DNA of 64,000 nucleotides from the human T2T-CHM13v2.0 reference genome, Homo sapiens (GCF_009914755.1 NC_060927.1), one strand, 5' to 3'. Positions 29,599 to 51,759 are shown, counted from the stretch's first letter. The notes: generated by a model from the letters alone, not told the origin. A program made the numbers and translations.

Positions 29599-32500
29599 TA
29601 CTATGTTGAATAGGAGTGGTGATAGAGGACATCCTTGTCTTGTGCCAGTTTTCAAAGGGAATGCTTCTAGCTTTTGCCCATTCAGTATGATATTGGCTGT
29701 GGGTTTGTCATAAATAGCTCTTATTATTTTCAGATACATTCCATCAACACCTAGTTTACTGAGTGTTTTTAGCATAAAGGTGTATTGAATTTTATCGAAG
29801 GCCTTTTCTGCATCTATTGAGATAATCATGTGTTTTTTGTCAGTGGTTCTGTTTACGTGATGGATTATGTTTATTGATTTGTGTATGTTGAACCAGACTT
29901 GCATCCCAGGGAAGAAGCTGACTTGATCATGGTCATTTTAATGTGCTGCTGAGTTTGGTTTGCCAGTATTTTATTAAGGATTTTCACATAAATGTTAATC
30001 AGGAATATTGGCCTGAAATTTTCTTCTTTTGTTATGTCTCTGCCAGGTTTTGGTATCAAGATGATGCTGACCTCATAAAATGAGTTAGGGAGAGGTCCCT
30101 CTTTTTCTATTGTTTGGAATATTTTCAGAAGGAATGGTACCAGCTCCTCTTTGTACCTCTGGTAGAATTCGGCTGTGAATCTGTCTAGTCCTGGGCTTTT
30201 TTGGTTGGTAGGCTATTAATTACTGTCTCAATTTCAGAGGCAGTAATTAACTGGTCTATTCAAGGATTCCACTTCTTCCTGGCTTAGTCTTGGAAGTGTT
30301 TATGTGTCCAGGAATTTATCCATTTATTCTTAGATTTTTCAAGTTTATTTGCAGAGAGGTGTTTATAGTATTCTCTAATGGTAGTTTGTATTTCTGTGGG
30401 ATTAGTGGTGATATCCTCTATCATTTTTATTGTGTCTATTTGATTCTTCTCTCTTTTCTTTTTTATTAGTCTGGCTAGCAATCTATCTATTTTGTTAATC
30501 TTTTGAAAAAACTAGCTCCTGGAAGTTCAGGCTAGGGTAATCAGACAAGAGAAAGAAATAAAGGGTATTCGAATAGGAAGAGAGGAAGTAAAATTATCTC
30601 TGTTTGCAGATGACATGATTTTATATTTAGAAAACCCCATCATCTCAGGCCAAAAACTCCTTAAGCTGATAAGCAACTTCACAAAGTCTCAGGATACTTA
30701 ATCAATCTTATAATCATACTTATAAGAATGCTTGTGCAAAAAGCACAAACATTCTTACACACCAATAATAGACAAGCAGCCAAATCATGAGTGAACTCCC
30801 ATTCACAAGTGCTACAAAGAGAATAAAGTACCTAGGAATACAACTTACAAAGGATGTGAAGGACCTCTTCAAGGAGAACTACAAACCACTGCTCAAGGAA
30901 ATAAGAGAGAACACAAACAAATGGAAAAACATTCCATGCTCATGGATAGGAAGAATCAATATCATGAAAATGGCCATACTGCCTAAAGCAATTTATAGAT
31001 TCAATGCTATTCCCATCATGCTACCATTGACTTTCTTTACAGAATTAGAAAAAACTACCTTAAATTTCATGTGGAACCAAAAAAGGGCCCATATAGCCAA
31101 GACAATCCTAAGCAAAAAGAACAAAGCTGGAGGTATCACGCTATCTGACTTCAAGCTATACTACAAGGCTACAGTAACCAAAAGAGCATGGTACTGGTAC
31201 CAAAACAGATATATAGATTAATGGAACAGAACAGAGCCCTCAGAAATAACACCACACATCTACAACCATCTGATCTTTGACAAACCTGACAAAAAAGCAA
31301 TGGGGAAAGGATTCCCTATTTAATAAATGGGGTTGGGAAAACTAGCTAGCCAGATGCAGAAAACTGAAAGTGGACCCCTTCTTTATGCCTTATAAAAAAT
31401 GACTCAAGATGGATTAAAGACTTAAACATAAGAACTAAAAGCATAAAAACCCTAGAAGAAAACCTGGGCAATACCATTCAGGACATAGGCATGGGCAAAG
31501 ACTTCATGACTAAAACACCAAAAGCAATGGCAACAAAAGCCAAAATTGACAATGGGGTCTAATTAAACTAAAGAGCTTCTGCACAGCAAATGAAACTATC
31601 ATCAGAGTGAACAGGCAGCCTGCAGAATGGGAGAAAATTTTTTGCAATCTATCCATCTGACAAAGGGGCTAATATCCAGATTCTACAAGGAACTTAAAAC
31701 AAATTTACAAGAAAAAAACAACCCCACCAAAAAGTGGGCGAAGGATATGAACAGACACTTATCAAAAGAAGACATTTATGCAGCCAACAAAGATGAGAAA
31801 AATCTCATCATCACTGGTCATTAGAAAAATGCAAACCAAAACCACAATGAGATACCATCTCATGTCAGTTAGAATGGCAGTCATTAAAAAGTCAGGAAAC
31901 AACAGATGCTGGAGAGGATGTGGAGAAATAGGAATGCTTTTACACTGTTGGTGGGAGTGTAAATTAGTTCAACTGTTGTGGAAGACAGTGTGGTGATTCC
32001 TCATTGTGGAAAACAGTGTGGTGATTCTATATCTAGAACTGGAAATACCACTTGACCCAGCAATCCCATTACTGGGTATATATTCAAAGGATTATAAATC
32101 ATTCTACTATAAAGACAGATTCTACTATAAAGACACATGCACACATATGTTTATTGCAGCACTCTTTACAATAGCAAAGACTTGGAACCAACCCAAATGC
32201 CCATGAATGATAGACTGGATAAAGAAAATGTGGCACATATATGCCATGGAATACTATACAGCCATAAAAATGAATGAGTTCATTTCCTTTGCAGGGATGT
32301 GGATGAAGCTGGAAACCGTCATTCTCAGCAAACTAACACAGGAACAGAAAACCAAACACTGCATGTTCTCACTCATAAGTGGGAGTTGAACAATGAAAAC
32401 ATATGGACATAGGGAGGCAAACAGCACACACCAGGGCCTGTCAGGGTGGGAGGCAAGGAAAGGGATAGCATTAGGAGAAATACCTAATATAGATGACAGG

Positions 32501-32611
32501 TTTATGGGTGCAGCAAACCACCATGGCACATATATACCTACGTAACAAACCTGCACATTCTGCACATGTATCTTAGAACTTAAAGTATAATTTAAATAAA
32601 AAAACAACAGA
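29599..32611 (+). mobile_element. L1PA7-like element with 5' inversion (29599-30522 minus, 30520-32611 plus)
   Basis: ORF2 peptides on both strands, L1PA7-type 3'UTR and A-rich tail. TSD aaaagccaaatccta / aaaacacaaatccta at 29584-29598 and 32612-32626. Confidence 0.9.
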
Positions 32612-32658
32612 AAAACACAAATCCTAGGGCACAAAATTTTAAAAAGGTTGTCCTAATG

Positions 32659-32970
<312 letters not shown>

Positions 32971-34302
32971 CTAGAAGCTCTCCTGTAAGATCAAGGAGCA
33001 AGGCAAGGATATGCCCTCTCACCACTGCTTTTTAACATCATACTGAAAGTGCTAGATAATGCAATAAGACAAGAAAAGAAAATAAAGGCATACAGATTGA
33101 AAAGAAGGAACTAGAACTGACTTTGTTCACAGATAACATGATCGTCTACATAGAAAACCCAGAAGAATTAGCAAAAAAAGGAAAACTCTCCAGGAACTAA
33201 TAAGTGATTATAAGAATGTCGCAGGATTCAAAGTTAATATACAAAAGGCAAATGTTTTTCTATATACCAGCAAAAAGCAGATGGCATTTAAAATTAAAAC
33301 ACAATATTATTTACATCAGCACTCCCAAATGGACACATTAGCAGGATCTATATAAGGAAAACCACAAAAATCTCATAAGAGAAATAAAAGAATTAAATAG
33401 GGAAATATTCCATGTTTATAGATAGAAAACTTAATATTGTCAAGATGCCAGTTCTTCCCGTTTATAGATTCAATGCAATGCCAGCCAAAATTACAGCAAG
33501 TGATTTTATGTATGTTAACAAAATAATTCTAAAGTTTATGTAGAGTGTCAAAAGACTTAGGGTAGTCAATACAATATTAAAGGAGTTATAAAGTTGAAGG
33601 ACTGACACTTACATGACTTCAAGACTTATTATAAGACTACAGTAATCAAATTATGTGGTATTAGGGAAAGAAAAGACAAATAAATTAGTGTAATGAAATA
33701 GAAAACCTAGAAATAGATCCACAAAAAAATAATCAACTGACCTTTAAAGATTCATATTGCAAAGACAATACAAAAAAAAATCTTTAAACAAATGGTGCTG
33801 GAATGACTGGATATCCTCCTGCCAATAAAAAGAAATGAATCTAGACACAGACCTTACACCCTTCTTAAAAATCAATTTGAAATGGATCACAGATCTAAAT
33901 GTAAAATGCTATGAATCTCCTAGAAGATAATGTAGAAAAATATTTATATAAGCTTAGTTTGGTGATGACTCCTTAGAGGCAACACTGAAGGCACAATACA
34001 TGAGAGAAAGAACTGATAAGCTGGACGTCATGAAAATTTGTTTTCTGTGAAAGACACTGTCAAGTGAATAAAAAGACAAACCAAAGACTGGGAGAAAATA
34101 TTTGCAAAACATATATCTCATAAAGATCTGTTATTCAAAATATACACAGAACCCTTAAAACTCAAAAATAAGAAAACAAACAACCTGACTAAATACTGGG
34201 CCAAAGACCTTAATAATGCAAGTACTAGAAAGCATGAATGACTTTTTTTTTATAATAGAGGAGAGGGAAAACTTTACAAGCTATCACTCAAAATTAAGCT
34301 CT

Positions 34303-34608
<306 letters not shown>

Positions 34609-34667
34609 TTAAAACATTTTTATGAGGAAAAACAACACAGTAAAAAATGACAACTTGGAAGAAATAT

Positions 34668-34757
34668 TTATAATTATTTTTATAGATTTATAATTAGATA
34701 TAATTTATAATTAGATATATAATTATAATTATAATTGTTTTATAATTATATTATTAG
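34668..34757. repeat. AT-rich low-complexity (ttataa-like) repeat
   Basis: Seen directly. Confidence 0.8.
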
Positions 34758-35164
34758 ATGACTAATATTTTTCCCAATATTTCATTATGAACATTTTGAA
34801 ACATAAAGTTTTATAGGCAACACCCAAAATCCATCACATACATTCTCCCATTAATATTTTACTCTACTTGTTTAATTATATTATATAGAATTTATCCATT
34901 TTTTATGCATTTCAAAGTAAATTGCACACATCAATATACTTCTTTCTAAGTATTTCTGCATGTATATCATTAACCATTTCTGCATGTATATCATTAAATA
35001 CTTCCCTCTAAGTATTTCTGCATGTATATATAACCATGTATAGCTCAGTATTTGTTTACAGGTTTTTCTCCCAATGTAAAATATAAATACAATGAAATTC
35101 AAAAATCTTAAGTGTGCATTACTGATTTTTGACAAATGCATACATCTATCAAACCCCTATCCAG

Positions 35165-35582
35165 AGGGATGATTTTTTTCAGTGGTTTATACAAGATCCA
35201 AGTTTATCTCTTTTTTACATAAATTGGGTCATCCAGGTGTGTTTGATTATGTCAGGGGCTTAAGGGCCTTTCTATTTTATTGTTCCTCCATTTTCAGCAA
35301 CACAGCTAAAACCTTAAACCATCATATCTGTATTCCAGCTACTAGGAAGAAAAAAAGTGCAGAGAAGGACCTACCTCCTCCTTTCAAGGTCATTTCTAGA
35401 AGTTGCATGTGCTGCTCTGGTTATATCCCAGAACATAATCATATAGTAAACAAAGTTGCAAAGGAAGCTGGAAAATGTTGACTTTATTCTGGTCGCCAAA
35501 TTTCCAGCTAAAAATAGGTGATTCTATTAATAAGGAAGTAGGAGTGACTGGCTTTTGGGAAACAAGTAGTAGTCTGTATCAT
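35165..35582. mobile_element. MLT1 LTR remnant
   Basis: tgcaaaggaagctggaaaatgttgactttattctgg motif. Confidence 0.55.
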
Positions 35583-35620
35583 AGGCATTTTTATTTAGTT
35601 TTTTCCCTTCATGTTCCCTA

Positions 35621-35850
<230 letters not shown>

Positions 35851-35933
35851 AAAATAAAGAAAAATGAGTAAAAGATATGAATGGACAGTTCCAAAGAAAA
35901 GGAAATGGACCCTAAACATATAAAAAGATGTCA

Positions 35934-38095
<2,162 letters not shown>

Positions 38096-38098
38096 GAA

Positions 38099-41751
<3,653 letters not shown>

Positions 41752-42169
41752 TGAAAGAGTATATATAACATGAACACTTTGTAAGAAAAAGGAGAAAATA
41801 TGACTCCATATATATTTGCTTGTTCTTAAAAAAGAAATATAGGAAGAATAAGCCAGAAACAAATGAAAAAGCATAAAATGAAGGTGTGCAACTTCTCTGA
41901 ATTTACCTCTTTAATATAGTTTTTCTTTTGAACCATATAAACGTTTTGCATATTAGATCAACAAAAATTTAAAAGCAAAACCTAATGTAGAACACAAACA
42001 GCCACAATTTAAGCTAACTAAAGAAACTCTCAAGTTGGTACCATAACAATTCAGAAATAGAATTAATTCAAGTAACTTGAACACAGCACTCCCCTAACAG
42101 AACGTATTTTCAGTGCAAAAAGAATTGCAAAAAAATATTGAACTTTCTCTACTAGGTTTTTAAAAAATT

Positions 42170-43325
<1,156 letters not shown>

Positions 43326-43432
43326 TTTTTTTTAATAATAATATCAATGAAGAAATTCTGAAGTTATTTTGAATGTATTATAGATAGAGAAAATTGTGGG
43401 AAACCAGGGTTCTTTCCTCACTGTGGGAGAAG

Positions 43433-43858
43433 GGAGTAAGAAAAAAATATATAGCTCAGAGCAGTCTGAGTTATGTGAGGAATACAAAATTTATCAGGCC
43501 CAGAGAGACATAAGTATGGCATTTCAGCCATGCTTCCTTCCTACGTTCATGCCTGGGGCAGTTCTTTAAAGGCATTTTGTTTCTAATTTGCTGCTTCACC
43601 CACCTGTTATGTTCATATTCCTGGGAGGTGTGATGCAAGGAACAATGATAGTTAATAAATTATGTTATTTTAATGCAAATTCTTGGTTAAAAAAATTAGA
43701 AACTGATTCTTCTTTTTTACGTTAAAAACTCATTAGTTACTGCTGCTAATTGGAGTATGTATACAGGGCAACTTAAATCTATGCTCCTGAGTTGCAGTCC
43801 TCAAACTTGGCCCAAATAAACTCTCTACTTTGCCTCAGCTTCTTCTTGTAGGTTGACA
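43433..43858 (+). mobile_element. ERV1-class solo LTR (family unresolved; same family as 58470-58882)
   Basis: Shared blocks tacagggcaacttaaatctatgct...aaataaactctcta...gcttcttc...gaca, with AATAAA. Confidence 0.65.
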
Positions 43859-44399
43859 TTGGAATTAGAGGTATCAGTATTAACTCATGATTCTTTAAAA
43901 TTTTGGATTTCTAGCTTTGTCTCCCAAAAAAAGCATAGAAGCAATAACATTCCAATAGCTAATTTCAAGTCTGGGAAAGGGGAGGTTCACAGTAAGCTGG
44001 AAACATCTTACGCACAAAAGTAAGAAAGTGCTCAAAATTGATGGGAACACAAGAGTTGACTTGAAGCTGTTCCCACTGGCTAAATTTGTGACAAGCTGAA
44101 CATCAAAAAGAATAATAATGGTGATGGATTATATTACCTTGAAATAAGAAAAGAACCCATGAATCCATAGTGACACTCAAAATAAAGGTGGAAGTGGAAG
44201 TGAGCTCTCTTCTTTCAAAGACTGCAGCCTACAAAATACAGAAGAAATTATAGAATTAGAAAAATCACCATTTTTCAACCACCATTGGAATAATTCAGGC
44301 AAGATCACCTGTAGATGCTAAACTTATTGAGTGAAAGGTTTTTGAGGATTATTGGGCAGTATGATATTCACAGTATTGTATCTCACACACAAATTACTT

Positions 44400-44702
44400 A
44401 TTTTTATTTAATTATTTTTTGAGACAGGGTCTCACACTGTCACCCAGGCTAGAGTGCAGTGGCACAATCATGGCTCACCACAGCTGCAACCTCCCAGGCT
44501 CAGGTGATCCTCCCACCTCAGCCTCCTGAGTAGCTAGGACTATAGGTGCCTGCCATCATGCCTGGCTAATTTTTGTATTTTTTGTAGAGATGGGGTTTTG
44601 CCATATTACTCAGGCTTGTCTTGAACTCCTGTGCTCAAGAAATCCACCCTCCTGGGCCTCCCAAAATGCTGGGATTATAGGTGTGAGCCACCGCGCCTGG
44701 CC
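44400..44702 (-). mobile_element. AluJb
   Basis: Dimer; TSD-like cacaaattacttatt / cacagattacttatt. Confidence 0.9.
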
Positions 44703-44721
44703 CACAGATTACTTATTAATT

Positions 44722-45945
<1,224 letters not shown>

Positions 45946-46879
45946 ATTACAATATAGTACACACTCACATGCATGTGCATATGCACACATGCACAAAATA
46001 TGTTGAGATAGTATGCTGATCTTTATGAACATGTAATAGCCCAGAAATGGGAGAAGCGCTTTTTAAAGAGATTTTTCAACCACAAATCTTCACTGAAAGA
46101 AGAGACTTCTGTCTATCTTGGATATATGTCTTTTGGGACACTCCTACCTCTAGAGACCAAAAACAATTGTTCCTGAGAGAAAGTGAAGTCACCCGAGTAA
46201 AGGTGCTTAGGTTGAGAAGCTAAGCCAAGTGCTTTATTTTGTAATGTAAATCCATGTCTGTCAGCAGCAAAGCCAAGTCCCTGCAGCTTTGTATCTTCCA
46301 CAGGAGAAAGGATTATTTTCTATATTTGGATTTTTATTGTTTTGGGTTGGTTTTTTATTGCTGGAGATGTGTATATGTTCTTTATGTAGTAAATCACAGA
46401 GAATCAGGAGCAGAAGCCCTAAAGCTACTGTAGAGATAGGCATGCCTGATCATCCTATGGGGCTTTAAAAAAGTGACCTGGACTTAGTCCAGTTTAGCAC
46501 AGCATGGGTTGTGGTTATGCCCACTAAGATTGGATAACTCACAATGTTGTTACTGATTTGGCGGCCGTTATTTGTAATTGTCCTGAGAGGTGGAGCTCAG
46601 GGTAACCATAACACTGAGGGTTAGGGTGGCGCATCTTTTAAAAGGAGACATAATTCCACAATCATCCACCTGAGTAGTAGTTATAAATTACTGGTGTGCA
46701 AAAATTGAGATGGAGGAAGAGCAGAAACCAGAGGGAAAGGAGACCCTTTTTCTTGTTTAGGTCCTTATTGAGAGTCTGGCAAGAACCTTGAGGCATGAAG
46801 ATAGATGAGAGTCAAATAGGGAGGCAATCGAGGTTGGTCTCAAATACAGAACTGGGGGTGGTGCATCGGAGCGAAGTCA

Positions 46880-47187
46880 TTTTTTTTTTTTTTTTTTTTT
46901 TTTTGAGACAGAGTTTCGCTCTTGTTGTCCAGGCTGGAGTGCAATGGCGCGATCTCGGCCCCTGGCAACCTCCGCCTCCCGTGTTCAAGCGATTCTCCTG
47001 CCTCAGCCTTCCTGAGTAGCTGGGATTACACGCATGCACCACCACGCCCAGCTAATTTTGTATTTTTAGCAGAGGTGGAGTTTCTCCATGTTGGTCAGGC
47101 TGGTCTCGAACTCCCGACCTCAGATGATCCGCCTGCCTCGGCCTCCCAAAGTGCTGGGATTACAGGCATGAGCCACCGCACCCGGCC
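46880..47187 (-). mobile_element. AluSp
   Basis: Diagnostics tttcgctcttgttg, tttctccatg and ctcccgacc; TSD gagcgaagtcattttt / gagcaaagtcattttt. Confidence 0.92.
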
Positions 47188-47456
47188 CTGAGCAAAGTCA
47201 TTTTTAACAGCAATTGGAAGTGACTCATTGTGCTAAGCTTCCTGCCAGCCAGTCTCAGATATGCCTGGGAAATTAAGAAATGGGCCTGCCCGTGCTTGGG
47301 GAACAATGGTAAAGGGCAAAACACTGCCTCCCCCTGAGGCCAAAGGGGAGAAAGCAGGTATGTCCCCAGTTATCAAGGATACAAAAATAGTTTCCAAAGG
47401 GTAGAGGTCATCAGGCATAAATTCTCTATAAGTCGATTCATTAACAAAGTATGTAG

Positions 47457-48179
47457 TCAGTCCTCACTTGTCTCCTTATAATTGGTTCACATTATTACCT
47501 GTCAATAATTCTGAAATCCCAATGCTTTTGGAAAGTTATTTTTTTCATAAGTTTGCAACTATCTCATTTGGTGGCAAAACTTGACTAGAACTTACTTGAT
47601 ATTTTTTACACTTTTTTTTTTATTATACTTTAAGTTCTGGGGTACATGTGTACAACATGCAGGTTTGTTACATAGGTATACATGTGCCATGTTGGTTAGC
47701 TGCACCCATAAACTCATCATTTACATTAGGTATCTCTCCTAATGCTATCCCTCCCCCAGACCCCCACCCCCCAACAGGCCCTGGTGTGTGATGTTCCCCT
47801 CCCTGTGTCCATGTGTTCTCATTGTTGAACTCCCACTTATGAGTGAGAACATGTGGTGTTTGGTTTTCTCTTCTTGTGTTACTTTGCTGAGAATAATGGT
47901 TTCCAGTTTCATCCATGTCCCTGCAAAGACATAAACTCATCCTTTTTTATGGCTGCATAGTATTCCATGGTGTATATGTTTTTTATACTCTTATGTCACT
48001 TGAATTCTGAATATTTATGTTTTGCTTCAGAAATATCAATGGGTTTGTTAATAAGGTTCTGCCTCAGAGTTCTCTTAGCATGCTACATGGCATGGGCCCC
48101 ATAGAGCTAAAAAGTTAAAAAAAATCTGAAAACTTCTGAATCCCAAAAGCCTGTCTGGTCCCAAGGGATTTGGACCTGT
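47457..48179. mobile_element. MER46C-like (Tigger) element interrupted by L1PA
   Basis: End motif tctggtcccaagggatttggacctgta. Confidence 0.55.
47612..47978 (-). mobile_element. L1PA5/6 3' end (5'-truncated)
   Basis: ttattatactttaagttct...gctatccctccccc; TSD-like tttttacactttt / tttttatactctt. Confidence 0.88.
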
Positions 48180-48518
48180 ATTAACCTTTATCCTAGCTGA
48201 AGGCCTGCCTAAGGCTCCTTAAGCAAGCCAGGGTCTGTTTTCTTTGATCCTTGGATATAAATGACCCACCCTCATGTTCTAAGATAGAGCTTGCAGACTG
48301 GTGTGTACTACTTGGTGGCATACCTTGTCTGGTCCACACTGGTTTAAAAATACATGAATGTGTTAAAAGTCAGGAGATTACATATAAAAGCATAAATTTC
48401 TAATGTCTCTTGGAAAATTGGAAAAGCTAGCAATATTGAATCTACATTCTGGCAGAACATATATTTGCTAGAACTGAGCAGCAGCTACTTTTTAAAGATA
48501 GGAACATGTCTATAAAAT

Positions 48519-49103
48519 TGTCAGAGGCGTTTGAACCAGAGTGACTTCATCTTGAATAGGGACTGGGTAAAATGAGGCTGAGACCTGCTGGGCTGCTTTT
48601 CCAGGGCGTTCATTAGGCATTCTTAGTCACAGGATGTTTACAGTTAAGGGAACAGGTTAATAATGTTTACTGAACAGACCCAGGGCTAAACAGATCCAGG
48701 AAATAACAGGCCCAGGAAATGTCCTGATGTCCTGATATCTTAAGAACAAAAGCATTTATAGTTCTAAGAATAAGTTTTGCATTAAAGATAATAATACAGA
48801 TTTTTACAGAAGACGGTAATTACACAAAGATTAACAATTCTTTGTCACAAGCCCTTGTAGTAGGGCATATTTCTCCCATGATTTTTTGCTTTATTATCTT
48901 ATATATAAGCAAGCATTGTACCTAAGGTGGACGTGGTTCTTCCTCTCACTTTCAGGAATGCCCTCCTCTGTCTATGGAGTAGCCACACTTTTATTCCTTT
49001 ACGTTCTTAATAAACTTGCTTTCACTTTACTCTGTGGACTCACCCTGAATTCTTTCTTGCAAGATCCAAGAACTCTCTCTTGGCGTCAGGATCAGGACTT
49101 TTC
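48519..49103 (+). mobile_element. MER41 5' LTR (C/D-like; terminal bases deleted)
   Basis: tgtcagaggcgtttgaaccagag...cttaataaacttgctttcac; the consensus terminal ...taaca is missing. Confidence 0.88.
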
Positions 49104-50319
49104 TCTTCCATGGTGAACTGCAAAGGGACCATACTGAAGAGATCCCCGACCCAAGGGAAATAGACTGCAGCACCAATTGGCTGATGTTGGGAAATTGGTG
49201 GGGTACATTTTATCTTGGGACAAAGTTGGGTTAAAGGTCCAACTTAGGAGGGTTAAAGCCCCTTGTAAGACAGAGAGGGTTAAAAGGCCCCTCTTGGTAA
49301 AGCACAAGGATGCTGGTCTGAACTTGGGTTAGAGGCCTAACTTAGGAAGATTAGAGTCCCTCCTAAGACATGAGGAGTTAGAAGTCCTCCTTGGTAAGGC
49401 CCCTCTTGGTTAAGAATGGATTGGCACTATGGGATATTAACTGCCATTCTCTTTGAATTAATCCATCTTGTGTTCTTTGCTGCATGAATCAATTTCCTGA
49501 TTGCTGTTTGCCTTTACTCCCATTTTCAAGAAAACTCACTTAACTGATCCTGGGGCATTATAACTTTCCCTTCCCCCATGCCTCTGCCCATTTTTGTATG
49601 TTTGCTTGTCTGACAGGATTGGGCATTTGCAGGATCACAGGACGTGAGGAGCTTTTTTTACCTCCCCCAAATGGGGAAACTTGAGAGCTGATGGGACTGC
49701 TAGAAAAGATCCCATCCATGACTCACAGGTGGCCACCTGAACTTTCGACTCAGTGTCACTAAGATGAGTAGGTCTTTTTCTGGCCTCTCTGAGCTCCATG
49801 CTTCCCCCTCCCCACCACAGGCAATGCTTTTCTCCCTTCCCTTTCCTCTGTCTCTTCTTCTTTCCTTTCCCTTTCCTGTCTTCTGCCACTCAGAGCAACT
49901 GTCCGATCTTCCATCTTGCTCAGAGACCACGTGTTGAAACTCCTGGTCAGAGGTCATTCCACCCCACTTGGAGTGGATCAAAGGGGACAACAACAGGGGA
50001 AAATGGGTCCAAGTTTGAGCCTTATCAGTTTGCTATTGGGCACTGAACAGGGTGGCTAACGCTATGTGTTGTCACATGTATTTTGCTCTGGCTGGAATGG
50101 AAAATGTTAATTCGGTTCCCCCATGCAGCCTGTTGGCATCTTGCAAAATTGAGAGGCTTTTGCACATGGTTCCATAAAAAAGATAATTTTTTTTTGTAAT
50201 ACAGTTGGTCTTACAGCTATGACACAGGAAGCAGGGCTATCAAAGCCACTCAGAGAGAGAGAATCCAGAAACCTGGTATACTGGCAAAAGGGTAAGAATT
50301 TCTTGCTAGTCAGACTTCT

Positions 50320-50628
50320 TTTTCTTTTCTTTTCTTTTTTTTTTTTTCTGAGACAGAGTCTCTCTCTGTTACCCAGGCTGGAGTGCAATGGTGGCATCTT
50401 GGCTCACTGCAACCTCTGCCTCCCAGATTCAAGCAATTCCCTGCCTCAGCCTCCCGAGTAGCTGGGATTACAGGTGCCCGCCACCACACCTGACTAATTT
50501 TTGTATTTTTAGTAGAGATGGGGGTTTCACCGTCTTGGCCAGGCTGGTCTTGAACTCCTGACTTCATGATCCACCCACCTCGGCCTCCCAAAGTGCTGGG
50601 ATTACAAGCGTGAGTCACTGCACCCAGC
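50320..50628 (-). mobile_element. AluS in provirus
   Basis: TSD agtcagacttct at 50308-50319 and 50629-50640. Confidence 0.92.
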
Positions 50629-51759
50629 AGTCAGACTTCTGACCTCTCTCTCTCTGTGCAAACTGGTTGAATGAATGATAAAAATCACTGTGTGCCTCTC
50701 CTGCAAGGTTTTGATTAATGGAAAAAAGGATTTGTGAGGCCCATCTTAGGCTGTAGCAAATCTGGTCTACTTTATATTATGAATTTGTTTCTGTGTTGTT
50801 CTGTCATAAAAGGGGGTACCATAGGATAGAATGCAGGCCTAGAACCCCTGTAAGCCCACTGTTCAAACCAGCCTAGCAAACTGGTCCATTGCAAACTTTG
50901 TGCAGGTCCCTGAAACAAAAACTAGATGAGGTTTTCCTCTTGTCTTGCTTTATGGTCCTTCAGAACTTGACTTTGTAATCATGTGGGAGGTACTTTCTCT
51001 TGGTTTCTGCCATTCAGAGAGTGGAAATTTGGGGGTTCATGTCATAGTCCTAAAAATTATCTTGGGCAGTTATGTCTTTGCAAGCTTGAAACTGGATGCT
51101 CTAGACTCTTGAGAAAAGCAGCAGATACTACCCTGATGCTGTAGCTCAGTAGCTAAGGTTTTTGTCTTTTCACAATGGTGGTCCAGGTTTAATTCCCACT
51201 TTAGGGAATGAGTCCTTTCTGGTTTGATATTTGTGTGACCTGTGTCATTTATTGACTCCTTCCCCCATCATGAACAATTTCTGACTTCCTGTCTTGAATT
51301 TCCCTTTTTCTGAGCTACCTTTGGAGATTCTAGATCTTGTAAAAACTGCTTACCACCTCTCGGAAAATACTTCATACACCTATGATTAAGTCATAACCTT
51401 AGTTAAGGCTTGTTGGCTTCATCTGGCAACTTATAAAGTTCAGAAGCCAGAAATATTGGCTGTTTGTCTTGGCTGGAGTCTGGTACTAAGATATTTGGTT
51501 AAAAGTCAGCTTAATTAAAAGCAGATATCCAAGCTGCATACATATTCAAATGGCTTTTTTTTTTTCTTCTCTTCTTGGATCTTGTTTTTCTGGAAAAAAG
51601 TTTTTTTCTTCTCAGTCGACTGAATTATTTTTCTCCACTTTGTCTTGTCATTCTTGATGCCCATATGAGATAATTCTTATAAAATATCTAATTTTATAAG
51701 AATTTATAACAAGAATTTAAAATAAGAATTATTTTATGATAAAATAATTCTTATAATTC

